Shown here piece after piece: positions 27,116 through 37,335 of a stretch of 64,000 nt of DNA. Positions within the stretch are counted from its first letter, which is position 1, and every line of letters begins with the position of its first letter. The translations under genes were made by a program, and so were the position numbers. The notes below the pieces were generated by a model. That model saw only the letters and a list, made by a program, of their open reading frames with translations. It made no database searches and was not told where the DNA came from. The DNA lies in NCBI GenBank assembly GCA_040954595.2, contig CM082580.2, positions 4,082,783-4,146,782 of the forward strand. Reading direction: 5' to 3'. The DNA is from Balanoglossus misakiensis (taxonomy: Eukaryota; Animalia; Hemichordata).

Positions 27116-28280
27116 CTGTAAACATTGAAAGGTAACTAATTGTATATCTTAAGAACAAATGTATTGATCGCTAATGGCGCTAATATCGACATTAAACTTG
27201 GATTAGTGAGTTGTTGAAGGCTATTAATGTACTGGCATGACGTGGAACTTCAATCTTCAGGTTCTATATCTACAGAGTAAACAAGGTTGATAACCCAAAA
27301 GAAGTTCCAATATAATGTATAACCAGAATAAAGGTTGAATATCAGCGTGGTGACTTTGAATGTGATGGTCTTGAAACTGTGGGGATCTCACCTTGTCCAA
27401 TGGCCCGGATGTTGAGTGAAGAATGCGGATCATTACATCATATTGATTTATGTCATGCGCACCCTTGTTACCTTGCCAATGCTTATACATGTACGCAGAT
27501 CGTAAGTTTTCAAAAACATAAGGAACCTATATATCGAATACATTGATCTTCATTTGGTCTCCTCCATTACATACATGTATATACAGTTGACCATTCGTCA
27601 ATATTATTTCTACGTTTCCATCGATCTTTTTAGTTCGGAAGTGAAGCATTGCAATGGTAATGAATTATCTGTTGCTATTTTTGAGTCACAAACAAAAAGT
27701 CAAATCGACGATTCTTTCATCTTTGTAAGCAGAAATTAAGTAATTGCGTTTCTATCAATACCACCGATGAGATTAATGTTTGCAACATGTTTCTGTTTGC
27801 TTTAAATCACGTGATGGTTTGGTTTGCAGTATAGAAAACATCATTCATTTTAATCAGTTATGTACATTTTCTATATATATCGCCATGATTATGCAAATGT
27901 ATGTCTCTTATCGGTGATACCTTAGGACATCTACTCTTCCGATAAGCTTCTTCTAAGTGTTGTCGCATGCAATCCGAGTAATTTGTCATATTGACTCACT
28001 TCCCCGCCGGCACGACCTCAACTCTACCTAAGTGAGCAGAGGGTGAAGCAATAACACAAACAGCTTCACTGTTTTGGAGAACTGTCTACTCCATACTTGT
28101 GGGTAGCGCTCTTTTTTGCTTGCGTGTGACCGCGAAGAGGAATATTACGCTCTGTGGCGGGGACCGAGGTGTCCGACCGGAGAATCTGCTCCCGGAAGTG
28201 AACAGCAACGATTGAAGATGACGTCTGCCGCAAACAAGGTTTGATGACAAATTCTAACGGATACGTGTCTTGCCGGCGAC

Positions 28281-31001
28281 ATGGAGTCTCATAACTTCAG
28301 CTTGAATTGTTCGGAATGGCAGAAAGCGGTGAACGGTTGCGAAGACTCTGGTCATCATCATGATGATGATCGCGATGGTCATGATCACAGCATCATTCGT
28401 GAGTTTAGCAATTGGCTAACGGTGTCATGCATGATTGTTTTATTGGCCGTTTTCTCAGTTGGCATTATTGTCAATGTTTTGGTAATAACGTCAGTTAAAT
28501 ACCAACGCAAACAACAGACTGGGTTATATCTAACAGCTATTCTCTCGTTCGCCTACCTTGTAACCTGTACAACGTGTGTACCCATGGCCGTTGCTGGCAT
28601 ATTAAATCCAGACATCGTGGTCTTCGAATTCTGCCTGGTCCATGAAGCATTGTCATTTTCGACTCTACTATTGACAATATTCGTTACAACTATCATTAGC
28701 GTTGATAGACATGATCTCATCAAGAGGTACCCCAAAAGACTGCTGAATACGGAAAGGATCTTTGGGATCACATCAATGTTTGGCGTTGTGTCTGTTGCTC
28801 TGAGCGTAGGGCCAACCCTGGGACACCTGGTGCGCCAAGGAAAGAATAACCATGGGTGTCATCTGTGGACTAGTCGCGTTGATGACTTTGTTTGGTATTT
28901 GGCATATTGTGTTGGGGTTGTCACTCTGATCTCGCTTATTACCATGTGCATCTGCTATTACGACATCGTTCAAAGAACCATCAAGCACGTGGAACAAACC
29001 CGCTTGACCCTGGGCAGAGAAATCCCGGGGAAAGTGGGAAAACTGAAGGCGAAACACAACAAGGTAGTGCCCTCAGCAGATCTCAATCTGCCTTCATCTT
29101 CTAGTGAAGCACACAATACACCAAGTGCGAATATCAAAGATATGTGTGGGGAGTTCACTCAAGGCAACATATCGACCATAGTTACCGACCCGAGGCCAAG
29201 CCTGGCTGTTCAAGGGAGTGGACACTGCGGCGGAAGAGTGGCGGGGAGCACATCAAAAACACAGGACGTTCATCAACCAGAGGGAAAGCAAACAGGAATT
29301 CGTGCGCGCAACCCTGGCAGGTCACTTGCTGCAAAAACGCATCGTGATCGATTGCACAGAAAGGTTATGAAGACATCTTTCATCATTATATGTACCACGT
29401 TTGCTTTTCTTCTGCAGTGGCTGGTTGTCAACGTCCTGGTTGCTCTGGATCTACCCCCAGGTGAGGAATAATAAATAGTTAATCAGACTGAAATGATTAT
29501 TAATGCATCAGTGTCCGAGCACTCTGCTAATTTATTTTCATCATCCACGGTGATATATTTGAAAGAAACGCACCAAACTAAAAAAAAACTATCAATCGCT
29601 GTAAAAATCGTTATCTCAAGGCCATCAATTTTTCACATAATGAATCAAACTGAAAATAATATCCCAAATGCCGATTTTTGATGGTTTTACGCGCCTACGT
29701 AAAATTTACAAACTTTCATTTGTGATTGTGATATTTAATTCTCAACGGATTTGCCATACACTGTCACCGACGTCATAATCATTCCCAGTAGAATAGGCCT
29801 AAGAAGGGATGACAGCATATGTCGCTGATCTGACAGAGCATCATTCTTCAGTTGGCGTAATTATTTCGTCTGCATTGCAAAGACTGCAAATACACATTAA
29901 TTACGGCTATTAGCACAATGTATTTAGATATCATATTACTGATGAAATCTATACACAGCTGGAAACAACGCCTCGAAGGACAGCGTACCTGCAGAACAAT
30001 AATTACATTAGCGTTTAATTACTGTGATGGCTCGTTTTATAAGCTATTAAAAGTTTCCGCTATACAGATTTGTTAAAAAGCTATGTGTAACGATTCAGTT
30101 GACACTTATAATTATGTAATCAATGTAGTGATGCATTAACGATTGATTAATTCAAGTCGCTTAAAACATGCCAATTAACTAAAGCTCATTTAAAATGTCT
30201 TAGCCATTAAACTGCAGTCGAGCTATTAAAGGCACGCGTAAGCTGTAACTTTTGGGATAATTTTCATAATTTTTGTTTCACACTGCACTACCATTAGTCC
30301 ATGCAGATGAAGGCAGTGAACTATACACAAGCATTATAAACCCTAAATATGAGTGCATATGCAAGTTTTAACCAGATAAATAATAAAGCTTTGCCGCAAG
30401 CGATTATGGCCGCCACCGTGGGAAAATGAAAGAAACAATGAAAATGTCGCATTTCCGGTTGTGAAACTTCATAAACAAAACATGATCTCATCCACTTGAG
30501 CTCATGGAAGTAAATGTACACCACTGAGACATCAGATTTTCATTTTTCATTGCAATATTGCACTTTTTTAAAAATGTCAGGAATTTTCGTTTTTCTTTAA
30601 TTTTTGGCCATTTTGTCATCAATAAGTGTTGAGCTTGATATATTATCATGAAATAGCATTTAATAGATATAATTAAAAGCATATATGAGATTATTTAAAA
30701 CATTGATTTTTTATCCAGTTGCAGCTTACGTGCCTTTAACGACCCGTGCGACGACGACGATGACGATGATGGGTATTATTATTACCATTATTATTGTTAT
30801 TTTTTTCTTTCAGGAATACCGCCTGAACTGCGAGTTTTTGCCATGGTACTCTCATACATACCTGCAGCGCTTGATCCAATTATATGCATATCTGCAGTTC
30901 CAGCCATCCAACGGCACACGAAGGATACCCTTTCGAGAGTCTTCGGAGGGAAACTTTGTAAGTGCGTCAGTAAAGTCGACAAGCCTGATGAAGTTACTTG
31001 A
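28281..31001 (+). CDS. Rhodopsin-class orphan GPCR, GPR22-like, ~455 aa. Exons 28281-29460 and 30814-31001
   Basis: Seven hydrophobic segments; CLVHEA..ISVDRHD (cf. GPR22 CCFHEA..LDRYD); long ICL3. Exon 2 supplies TM7 (ALDPIIC) and a helix-8/Cys tail. Confidence 0.8.
30230..30735. mobile_element. Non-autonomous TIR element in the GPCR intron (TTAA TSD, Kolobok-like)
   Basis: TTAA|AGGCACGCGTAAGCTGTAACT ... AGTTGCAGCTTACGTGCCT|TTAA. Confidence 0.7.
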
Positions 31002-31378
31002 AAATCAAATCGACACTTTATTATTGCACTTGCTAGGTGTTTTAACTGTGTGTTTCAATATTTATATCCGATTAAAATATGTGCAGGTAGGAATTACATC
31101 TTCAGGCCCTTGTGTGGGTTATTGCTATCATATTATATCAGCAATTGTTTTTGTGGCATATCAGTGTCATTTTCTTACCGAAACGGCGTCAGAAAGAGAA
31201 ATTACGATCGTGAACCAACATGGCGACGATGAATGTAAACACGAGCAGCCGGGATCCAGCCTGTAAGGTACCTTGGTACTAGTGGTAGAGTCGTGTGCGC
31301 GTGTGTGAAATGACCGTGCATATACACATTAATTGATTCTTGGGTTTTCATCATTTAAAAAACCTTCCCTTCACATGC

Positions 31379-31501
31379 TGACGTCATGCCATGAAACACT
31401 GATTTTAATATCAATAGCACCCATTAACACCTGTGGATTCATTGCCTCCTCGGTCAATACGTTGCTGCAACGTTTTTTCATGCCACCGTTGTTAAAGTGA
31501 G
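31379..31501 (+). promoter_or_regulatory. Putative U1 snRNA promoter: PSE-like element (31483-31501) and upstream CRE (31379-31386)
   Basis: CCACCGTTGTTAAAGTGAG lies at -61 to -43 from U1 +1 and resembles the TCACC....TNAAAG PSE consensus in sequence and position. Perfect TGACGTCA at -165. Confidence 0.6.
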
Positions 31502-31543
31502 TATGCTCGCACTCTATAAGGCCAGGGAAGACTGTCTTCGGGT

Positions 31544-31572
31544 ATACTTACCTGGCACAGGGGTTAACCGTG
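31544..31572 (+). ncRNA. RNU1: U1 snRNA gene, 5' fragment (nt 1-29), interrupted
   Basis: ATACTTACCTGGCACAGGGGTTAACCGTG is the canonical U1 5' end (5'-splice-site recognition sequence) plus the 5' arm of stem-loop I. Confidence 0.92.
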
Positions 31573-31787
31573 TGCTGAGGTGTTCTCATACTCGCTACCT
31601 GTGAAGCGACATCGACATTTAAAGAAGAAAAGTTGGAAGACGTCCGTAGTGCTTTTGTATCTTGGATTGTTCCATTTATAGATCCTTGATTGGGACTTTC
31701 CCACTTGGAACAGGCCGCAGGGCCTGGTGAAGGTAAATCCTTCGTTAGTTTCTTTTTTTCGTTTATTTTTCAGTGGTGGAAGGTGCC

Positions 31788-33248
31788 ATGACCACCCCCC
31801 GACCTTCCCCACGTAAAGTTCGCACGCTTTTACTTTCTTTTGATACCGTTGTTGAGACTAGAGAGGTTTTTAAGGTTCTTCAGGATGCCGGCATTACAGT
31901 CGACAGTCACTTAGAAGCTGTGCAGCGTTTGATAGGAAATAAGTTTGATGTTACCTTTAGACAAGTGGCACAGAAACGCATTTATGAACAGAAATTGCGA
32001 GAAGTTGAGAAATTGTCAGTTCATTCATATGATGACACGGTCATTGTTACGGCGGTCTATGTCGATAATGAATTGGACGACAATTATGTCCAGTACATTT
32101 TGAAACAGTATGGGGAGGTCTTAGCCTCGCGAAAATGTGTCTACCAGGAGCACCCCAGCGTGTATAACGGAATTAGGCAGTACCGTATGAAAATAAAAAG
32201 CAACATCCCCTCTGTTCTACGAATAGCAAATAGAAATGTTAGTATTTATTACTCAGGGCAAACAAGAACTTGCTTCAAATGTGGTAAAAACGGCCACATA
32301 AGTAAAGAATGTAAAGATCTCAGATGCTACAAATGTTTGGAAAACGGGCACACAGCGGACGTGTGTGAAAGTCCAGTTAAGTGCACTATCTGTGGAGAGC
32401 AGGGGCACGTTTTCCGTGCATGTTCACTTTCTTTTGCGAAAAAAGTTTCGCTCACGCATACGTGGCAAGCGGCATCACCTGCTGAGACAGAAATAGACAA
32501 GGCCAGTAGTGAGGTCACCCCGTCTGCCGAGCAACATCATAGCGAACCAATCACCGACACTCTGTCTGACATGGAGATCACACCAGCTCAACGCGAACGT
32601 GAACACTCGGTTGATAGCGACACGTCACCATCTGAAGCGGCAGTGGGCAATGATGACGTGGCACATAAAAAGAAACGCTCCGCGCCATCTTCTATCGATT
32701 CGGAGTTAGATAATAAAGTTTTTAAAGCGCAGGAATCGACGCACAGCGACATGGCTAGTGATAGACTAGTTATTGACGAGGGGGAGGGGACCCTTTCCCC
32801 TGCGTCTGCAAATTCAGATAGGTCAGAGTCCGCTCATGAGTCTAGTTCCCCTGTGGAGGATCCCGTTCCTGATGCTGCGTCTCCGCCAGTATCCACCACT
32901 AAAGAACCTACTACCACCCCTGCATCTAGCGGCAAATCTGACCAGTCAAAGGTTCGCCGCGCTCAGAATTTGATGCGTAATTGTTCACTGCACAATTTAC
33001 AGTCAGTCAACATTCCATGCAGCTCAATGTCCAATCTAAATTGCGATACGCAGCGCGTGGGTTGGCAATCCCTTACAAGTCACTGTAGGGATAAACATAA
33101 GATCAAGGCCATCAAAATCCCTTGCATTGTCAGCCACAAGTGTGGAACTTTGAACAATCCCTCTGTTTGGGTGGACCATCTCTGCAAGATGCATCCCACG
33201 TTTGTTTTGAAGAAGGGGCTTAATTTCTTTGATAGTTATTTCTTGTAA
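31788..33248 (+). CDS. Retrotransposon ORF1 (Tx1/ZCCHC3-like nucleic-acid-binding protein)
   Basis: GCCATGA start at 31788. NGIRQYRM..IPS motif, three CCHC knuckles (CFKCGKNGHISKEC, CYKCLENGHTADVC, CTICGEQGHVFRAC), disordered Ser-rich region, Cys/His-rich C terminus. Confidence 0.9.
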   Translation: MTTPRPSPRKVRTLLLSFDTVVETREVFKVLQDAGITVDSHLEAVQRLIGNKFDVTFRQVAQKRIYEQKLREVEKLSVHSYDDTVIVTAVYVDNELDDNYVQYILKQYGEVLASRKCVYQEHPSVYNGIRQYRMKIKSNIPSVLRIANRNVSIYYSGQTRTCFKCGKNGHISKECKDLRCYKCLENGHTADVCESPVKCTICGEQGHVFRACSLSFAKKVSLTHTWQAASPAETEIDKASSEVTPSAEQHHSEPITDTLSDMEITPAQREREHSVDSDTSPSEAAVGNDDVAHKKKRSAPSSIDSELDNKVFKAQESTHSDMASDRLVIDEGEGTLSPASANSDRSESAHESSSPVEDPVPDAASPPVSTTKEPTTTPASSGKSDQSKVRRAQNLMRNCSLHNLQSVNIPCSSMSNLNCDTQRVGWQSLTSHCRDKHKIKAIKIPCIVSHKCGTLNNPSVWVDHLCKMHPTFVLKKGLNFFDSYFL

Positions 33249-33251
33249 TTT

Positions 33252-36200
33252 ATGGTCACTTCTAGATCTTTATTTCTCATTATGTTTCTGTCTTTTTGTT
33301 CATTAAATGTTAACGGTTTACAAGATGGGAGAAAACGTAACACACTTTTTCAGTATTTGAGGGATTCGGGGCACGATATTATTTTTTTGCAGGAGACTCA
33401 TGTCTCATCGAATAAAGATATTGATTTATGGAATAGAGAGTGGGGAGGTTCGGGTTATTGGGGGCTTGGCACAAGTGTTAGTTGTGGGGTGGGAATCCTT
33501 TTCAAGAAAGGGGTTGATTTTCATTTTCAAAATATCAGGACAGAGGAAAATGGACGTGTCATTGCTGGTACCATAGAAAAAGAGGGCAAACGTTTTCATT
33601 TATGCAATGTGTATGCCCCCAATGTTAGCAGTTTGAGACGCCAGTTCTTTAATAATTTGCCTAATTATCTTTCGAGTTCTCTGCCTATTATTTTGGGAGG
33701 GGATTTCAACTGTGTTGAAAATCCGTCGGACGTGTTTGGTGGTTCAATTCCGAATACTTCCCGTTTTATTGGGGGAAAAGAGTTGCTTTCTATTTGCAAA
33801 GATTTTGATATTCATGATTGTTGGAGAGCATCCAACCCAACTGAACAGTCTTTTACGTGGCGAGATCGAAGTAATAGTGTTGGTAGTAGAATTGATAGAT
33901 TTTATACTCCTACTTCTTTGAAATGTATTTCTAGTATTTCCTCATGTGCTCTTTCTGACCATGACGCCGTTTCTATTTCTATTCAAATGTCGAATTCCAG
34001 GGTAAAGGGTCCTGGCTATTGGAAATGTAACGTGAGTCTTCTAGATGACGACTTGGTCTCTTGTATTGAGCATCACTTCAAAAATTGGCTTACTTTGCAG
34101 CCTGGCTTTTCGTCGAAGAGCGCATGGTGGGACATGGTAAAATCTCGGGTAAAGTCCATCATTAAGAATAGAGCAAGAGCAACAGCGCTCAAGCGTAAAC
34201 AGAAAATTGAAAATTTACAGGCCGAATTATCCCGTCTCACTTCTCTTTTGAATGAGGGCGACAAGTCCAAACAAGTGCTAGTTGAGTACCATGCAACCAG
34301 GGATAAATTGAGGGATTGCATTACTCAAAAGACCCTTGGTACCAAAATTCGCTCTAGGGCTAAACTCTTGGACGAGGATGAAAAATGTTCGCACTACTTC
34401 TTTCAAAAGGAGAAACAGCGTGGTAAGCGCAAATTAATTTCAAAAGTCATCGACAGCAGTGGTAATGAGCATACTGACCAGCGTGATATGTCACATTGCC
34501 TACGTGACTTTTTCGGCAAGCTATACAGTAGTGAAGGTCACCTTGATACAGAGGAGCAAACGTTCTTCCTTTCCCAGGTGAAGTCTAAACTGTCTTCAGA
34601 TTCCAGGCAGAGTTTAGAAGCCCCTCTGACTTTGGATGAGCTTACAATGGCTCTTAAAAATATGCCCAATAACAAAACACCGGGTAGCGATGGGTTACAG
34701 AAAGAGTTTTATATTGCTTGCTGGCATTTTATTGGTCCGTCTTTTCTTGATGTGTGCAATGAAATTCTTGATCAGGGTTATCTTAGTGACACTCAACGTC
34801 ACGGAGTCATCACCTTATTGAGCAAGTCTGTTAACTCTACGGACGACCGCGCCCAATATTTTCCAGAAAACAAACGGCCGATTTCCCTACTCAATGTCGA
34901 CTATAAGATCATAGCAAAAGTCCTCAGTCACAGGTTAGGTTCTGTCATGCCTGGTATTGTCAATACTTTTCAAACATGTGGGGTGAAAAACCGGTCAATT
35001 CATGACAATCTTACAACTTTGCGAGACATCTGCCATTTTGTTAACCAAAGGAATTTACCTTGTGCATTTGTGTCTTTAGATCAAAGCAAAGCTTTTGACA
35101 GAGTCGAATGGGATTTTCTTTTCAAAACTTTAGAAAGAATGGATTTTGGGCCAATTTTTACAAAGTGGTTACGCATTTTGTACACTGATATATCTAGCTC
35201 TCTGCTTGTTAATGGTTTTCTTTCTGATAAATTTACTTTATCCAGAGGAGTAAGACAAGGTTGTCCTTTGTCCCCGTTGTTGTTTGTTTTATTTATGGAG
35301 CCTTTCGCTGCAGCTGTCCAGAATGATAATTTAATTAAGGGTTTTTCTATTCCAGGGAGAGGCTCTAATGAGTGTAAGCTTTTTCAGTATGCTGATGACA
35401 CAACTGCAGTTATTACTAATGACAAGTCATTCAACCGGTTAACTACTTTGTGCCAAAGATTTGGGTTGGCTTCTGGAGCAAGGTTGAATTTATCGAAGTG
35501 TAAAGGGCTCTGGCTAGGGAAATGGAAGGGTCGCCAGGACACCCCTATGGATATAAAGTGGTCTTCCGAAAAACTGAAAATCAACGGGATTTGGTTTGGA
35601 AATATCAATATGGGAGTGGTGAACTGGAAAGAACGTATTTCTAAATTTTGTGATCTTGTTACTAAATGGCATTCCAGGCGTTTGTCTATAATTGGCCGGG
35701 TGTTATTAATTAATACGGTGGCTGCCCCGATTTTGTATTATGTAGCTTCATTATTCCCTTTGCCTCTCTGTCTTCTGAAAAAAATCAATCTGTCCCTTTT
35801 TGGGTTTCTTTGGGGTCCCGGAAAGTGGCAGTGTGTCGCCAGGAAAACTATGTACCTTCCGACTGAAAAGGGTGGGTTGGGTCTCGTTAACATTGCTAAC
35901 AAAGTTAAGTCTTTACTGTTGCATAATATTCTGCGTAATTCTGTAGAGATGGCCAAGCCGTGTGGGTCTCTATTAAGAGCGTATCTTTCCACCAGTCTAC
36001 GTTCGTTCATCCCAGAAGTTTATGATAATTTTACCCCCCATTTTCAATCTGCTCCTAAATGGTATACTAGCTTTTTGTTTGACCTTCGTCGTCTTCAAAA
36101 GATTGCTACCCCTGGAACAATATGGCAGATTCTCACGTCCGCTCAAATCTATGATTTATTGCAATCAGTGGAAGTAATCCTCCCCAGGGTGGTTCATCTT

Positions 36201-36761
36201 GACCCCCAAAGAAATTGGATTTCAGTTTGGTATAATGTCCACTTGGACTGTCTTGATAACAAATTGAAAGAACTGTCATGGAAGTGTGCTCATGACGTCA
36301 TCAAGACAAATTCTAAATTAAGCGGGTGGGCCTTTATGAATATTTCGGCTAAGTGTCCTAGGAAAAATTGTAGTGGGAGAGAGACCCCCCGACATTTGTT
36401 TTTGGACTGTCCCCTTGCACGTTTTTTGTGGGCCTGGGTAGATTCCCAATTGTTCAGGTTGTTTGGCCCGTTGGTACAGTCTACTTGGGATTTAATTTAT
36501 TACAGTCTGCTACCAATAGTCACAGACACCCAGAAAAAGAAACTGGCTCTGCTGCTTGTTAATCTAACGAAGCACTTCATTTGGTATACTAGGTGTATGG
36601 CTGCATATGAGTCCGTTAATTATACGCCAGACTCGGCTCTCTTGCAGCTAAAAAATATTATTACATACAGAATTCAGACAGACCTGCAAAGAAAAGATTC
36701 AGAGACCTTGAAAAATGTTTGGGCCCTTCTGTTCGTGAAGAATGACAAGATCCGGCTGTAA
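33252..36761 (+). CDS. Retrotransposon ORF2: APE endonuclease + reverse transcriptase + C-terminal Zn motif
   Basis: SLNVNGL, LQETH, NVYAP, GGDFN, SDH (APE); KTPGSDG, RPISLLNVDYKI, KAFDRV, GVRQGCPLSP, YADD (RT); CPRKNC..ETPRHLFLDC. Confidence 0.96.
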   Translation: MVTSRSLFLIMFLSFCSLNVNGLQDGRKRNTLFQYLRDSGHDIIFLQETHVSSNKDIDLWNREWGGSGYWGLGTSVSCGVGILFKKGVDFHFQNIRTEENGRVIAGTIEKEGKRFHLCNVYAPNVSSLRRQFFNNLPNYLSSSLPIILGGDFNCVENPSDVFGGSIPNTSRFIGGKELLSICKDFDIHDCWRASNPTEQSFTWRDRSNSVGSRIDRFYTPTSLKCISSISSCALSDHDAVSISIQMSNSRVKGPGYWKCNVSLLDDDLVSCIEHHFKNWLTLQPGFSSKSAWWDMVKSRVKSIIKNRARATALKRKQKIENLQAELSRLTSLLNEGDKSKQVLVEYHATRDKLRDCITQKTLGTKIRSRAKLLDEDEKCSHYFFQKEKQRGKRKLISKVIDSSGNEHTDQRDMSHCLRDFFGKLYSSEGHLDTEEQTFFLSQVKSKLSSDSRQSLEAPLTLDELTMALKNMPNNKTPGSDGLQKEFYIACWHFIGPSFLDVCNEILDQGYLSDTQRHGVITLLSKSVNSTDDRAQYFPENKRPISLLNVDYKIIAKVLSHRLGSVMPGIVNTFQTCGVKNRSIHDNLTTLRDICHFVNQRNLPCAFVSLDQSKAFDRVEWDFLFKTLERMDFGPIFTKWLRILYTDISSSLLVNGFLSDKFTLSRGVRQGCPLSPLLFVLFMEPFAAAVQNDNLIKGFSIPGRGSNECKLFQYADDTTAVITNDKSFNRLTTLCQRFGLASGARLNLSKCKGLWLGKWKGRQDTPMDIKWSSEKLKINGIWFGNINMGVVNWKERISKFCDLVTKWHSRRLSIIGRVLLINTVAAPILYYVASLFPLPLCLLKKINLSLFGFLWGPGKWQCVARKTMYLPTEKGGLGLVNIANKVKSLLLHNILRNSVEMAKPCGSLLRAYLSTSLRSFIPEVYDNFTPHFQSAPKWYTSFLFDLRRLQKIATPGTIWQILTSAQIYDLLQSVEVILPRVVHLDPQRNWISVWYNVHLDCLDNKLKELSWKCAHDVIKTNSKLSGWAFMNISAKCPRKNCSGRETPRHLFLDCPLARFLWAWVDSQLFRLFGPLVQSTWDLIYYSLLPIVTDTQKKKLALLLVNLTKHFIWYTRCMAAYESVNYTPDSALLQLKNIITYRIQTDLQRKDSETLKNVWALLFVKNDKIRL

Positions 36762-36886
36762 CGTATGCTCTGGGCACCATACTCCTTGGGGCTGTAATGG
36801 CCAGCAGCGTCACAATAAAGTTTTTGTTGTCCTTCATGACAGAAGTGTTCCCACACCACCGCAATATTCATCATTATGCCAGTTTC

Positions 36887-37000
36887 AAAAAAAAAAAAGG
36901 CGGGAAAAAAAGGAAAAAAAAGAATGGAAAAAGAGGGGAAAAAAAGGAAAAAAAAAAAAAGGAAAAAAAAAAAAGGGAAAAAAGAAAAGAAAAAAGAAAA
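36887..37000 (+). repeat. A/G-rich purine tract in the retrotransposon 3' region
   Basis: About 114 nt of An runs punctuated by G, followed by a T-rich stretch. Confidence 0.85.
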
Positions 37001-37335
37001 CAGTCTTTGCTCTAATAATTTGTTGTACGCAAATCAGTTGTAGTTCTGTTTTTATGTTTCCTACGTTGATATTTGTATTATTTAGTTATCTTTCCTTAAC
37101 GTTTTATTTACTTTTCGCATTAAACTTTTATTTGGAGATGGCAGGGGGAATCGTACTCCCTTGAGCCTCGAACCAGCGTGGTCTGGCCTGCCTGAGGACT
37201 CCAGTTGAATAATTTTAGTTCCTTTATTTTTTAGATTAGAATTTTCATGTTTCCAAAATGAAAAGAGCATGAAATGTTGAAAATGTAATTAGGGTTTTTG
37301 ATTTGATTTAGTTTTTATTTCCTCAAACCAAAAAG

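Larger units (their letters stand above)
31573..37335 (+). mobile_element. Full-length Tx1/L1-clade non-LTR retrotransposon (~5.76 kb) inserted in the U1 snRNA gene, same orientation
   Basis: Bounded by the two U1 halves. 5' UTR, ORF1, ORF2 (APE-RT) and a ~570-bp 3' region; no stops or frameshifts in either ORF. Confidence 0.92.

Noticed and set aside
30872-30900. Suspected frameshift at GPCR DPIIC (versus DPIIY)
   Set aside because: The unshifted frame already runs into a plausible helix 8 and Cys-containing tail, so no frameshift is needed.
31544-31572. U1-L1 template-switch chimera (retrocopy) instead of an insertion into a U1 gene
   Set aside because: The rest of U1 resumes after the element, and PSE-like and 3'-box-like flanks are present, which a retrocopy would lack.
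36742-37164. Poly-Lys ORF after ORF2 as a possible ORF3
   Set aside because: Arises from the A-rich tract and T-rich flank, where low complexity avoids stops; no protein-like signal.
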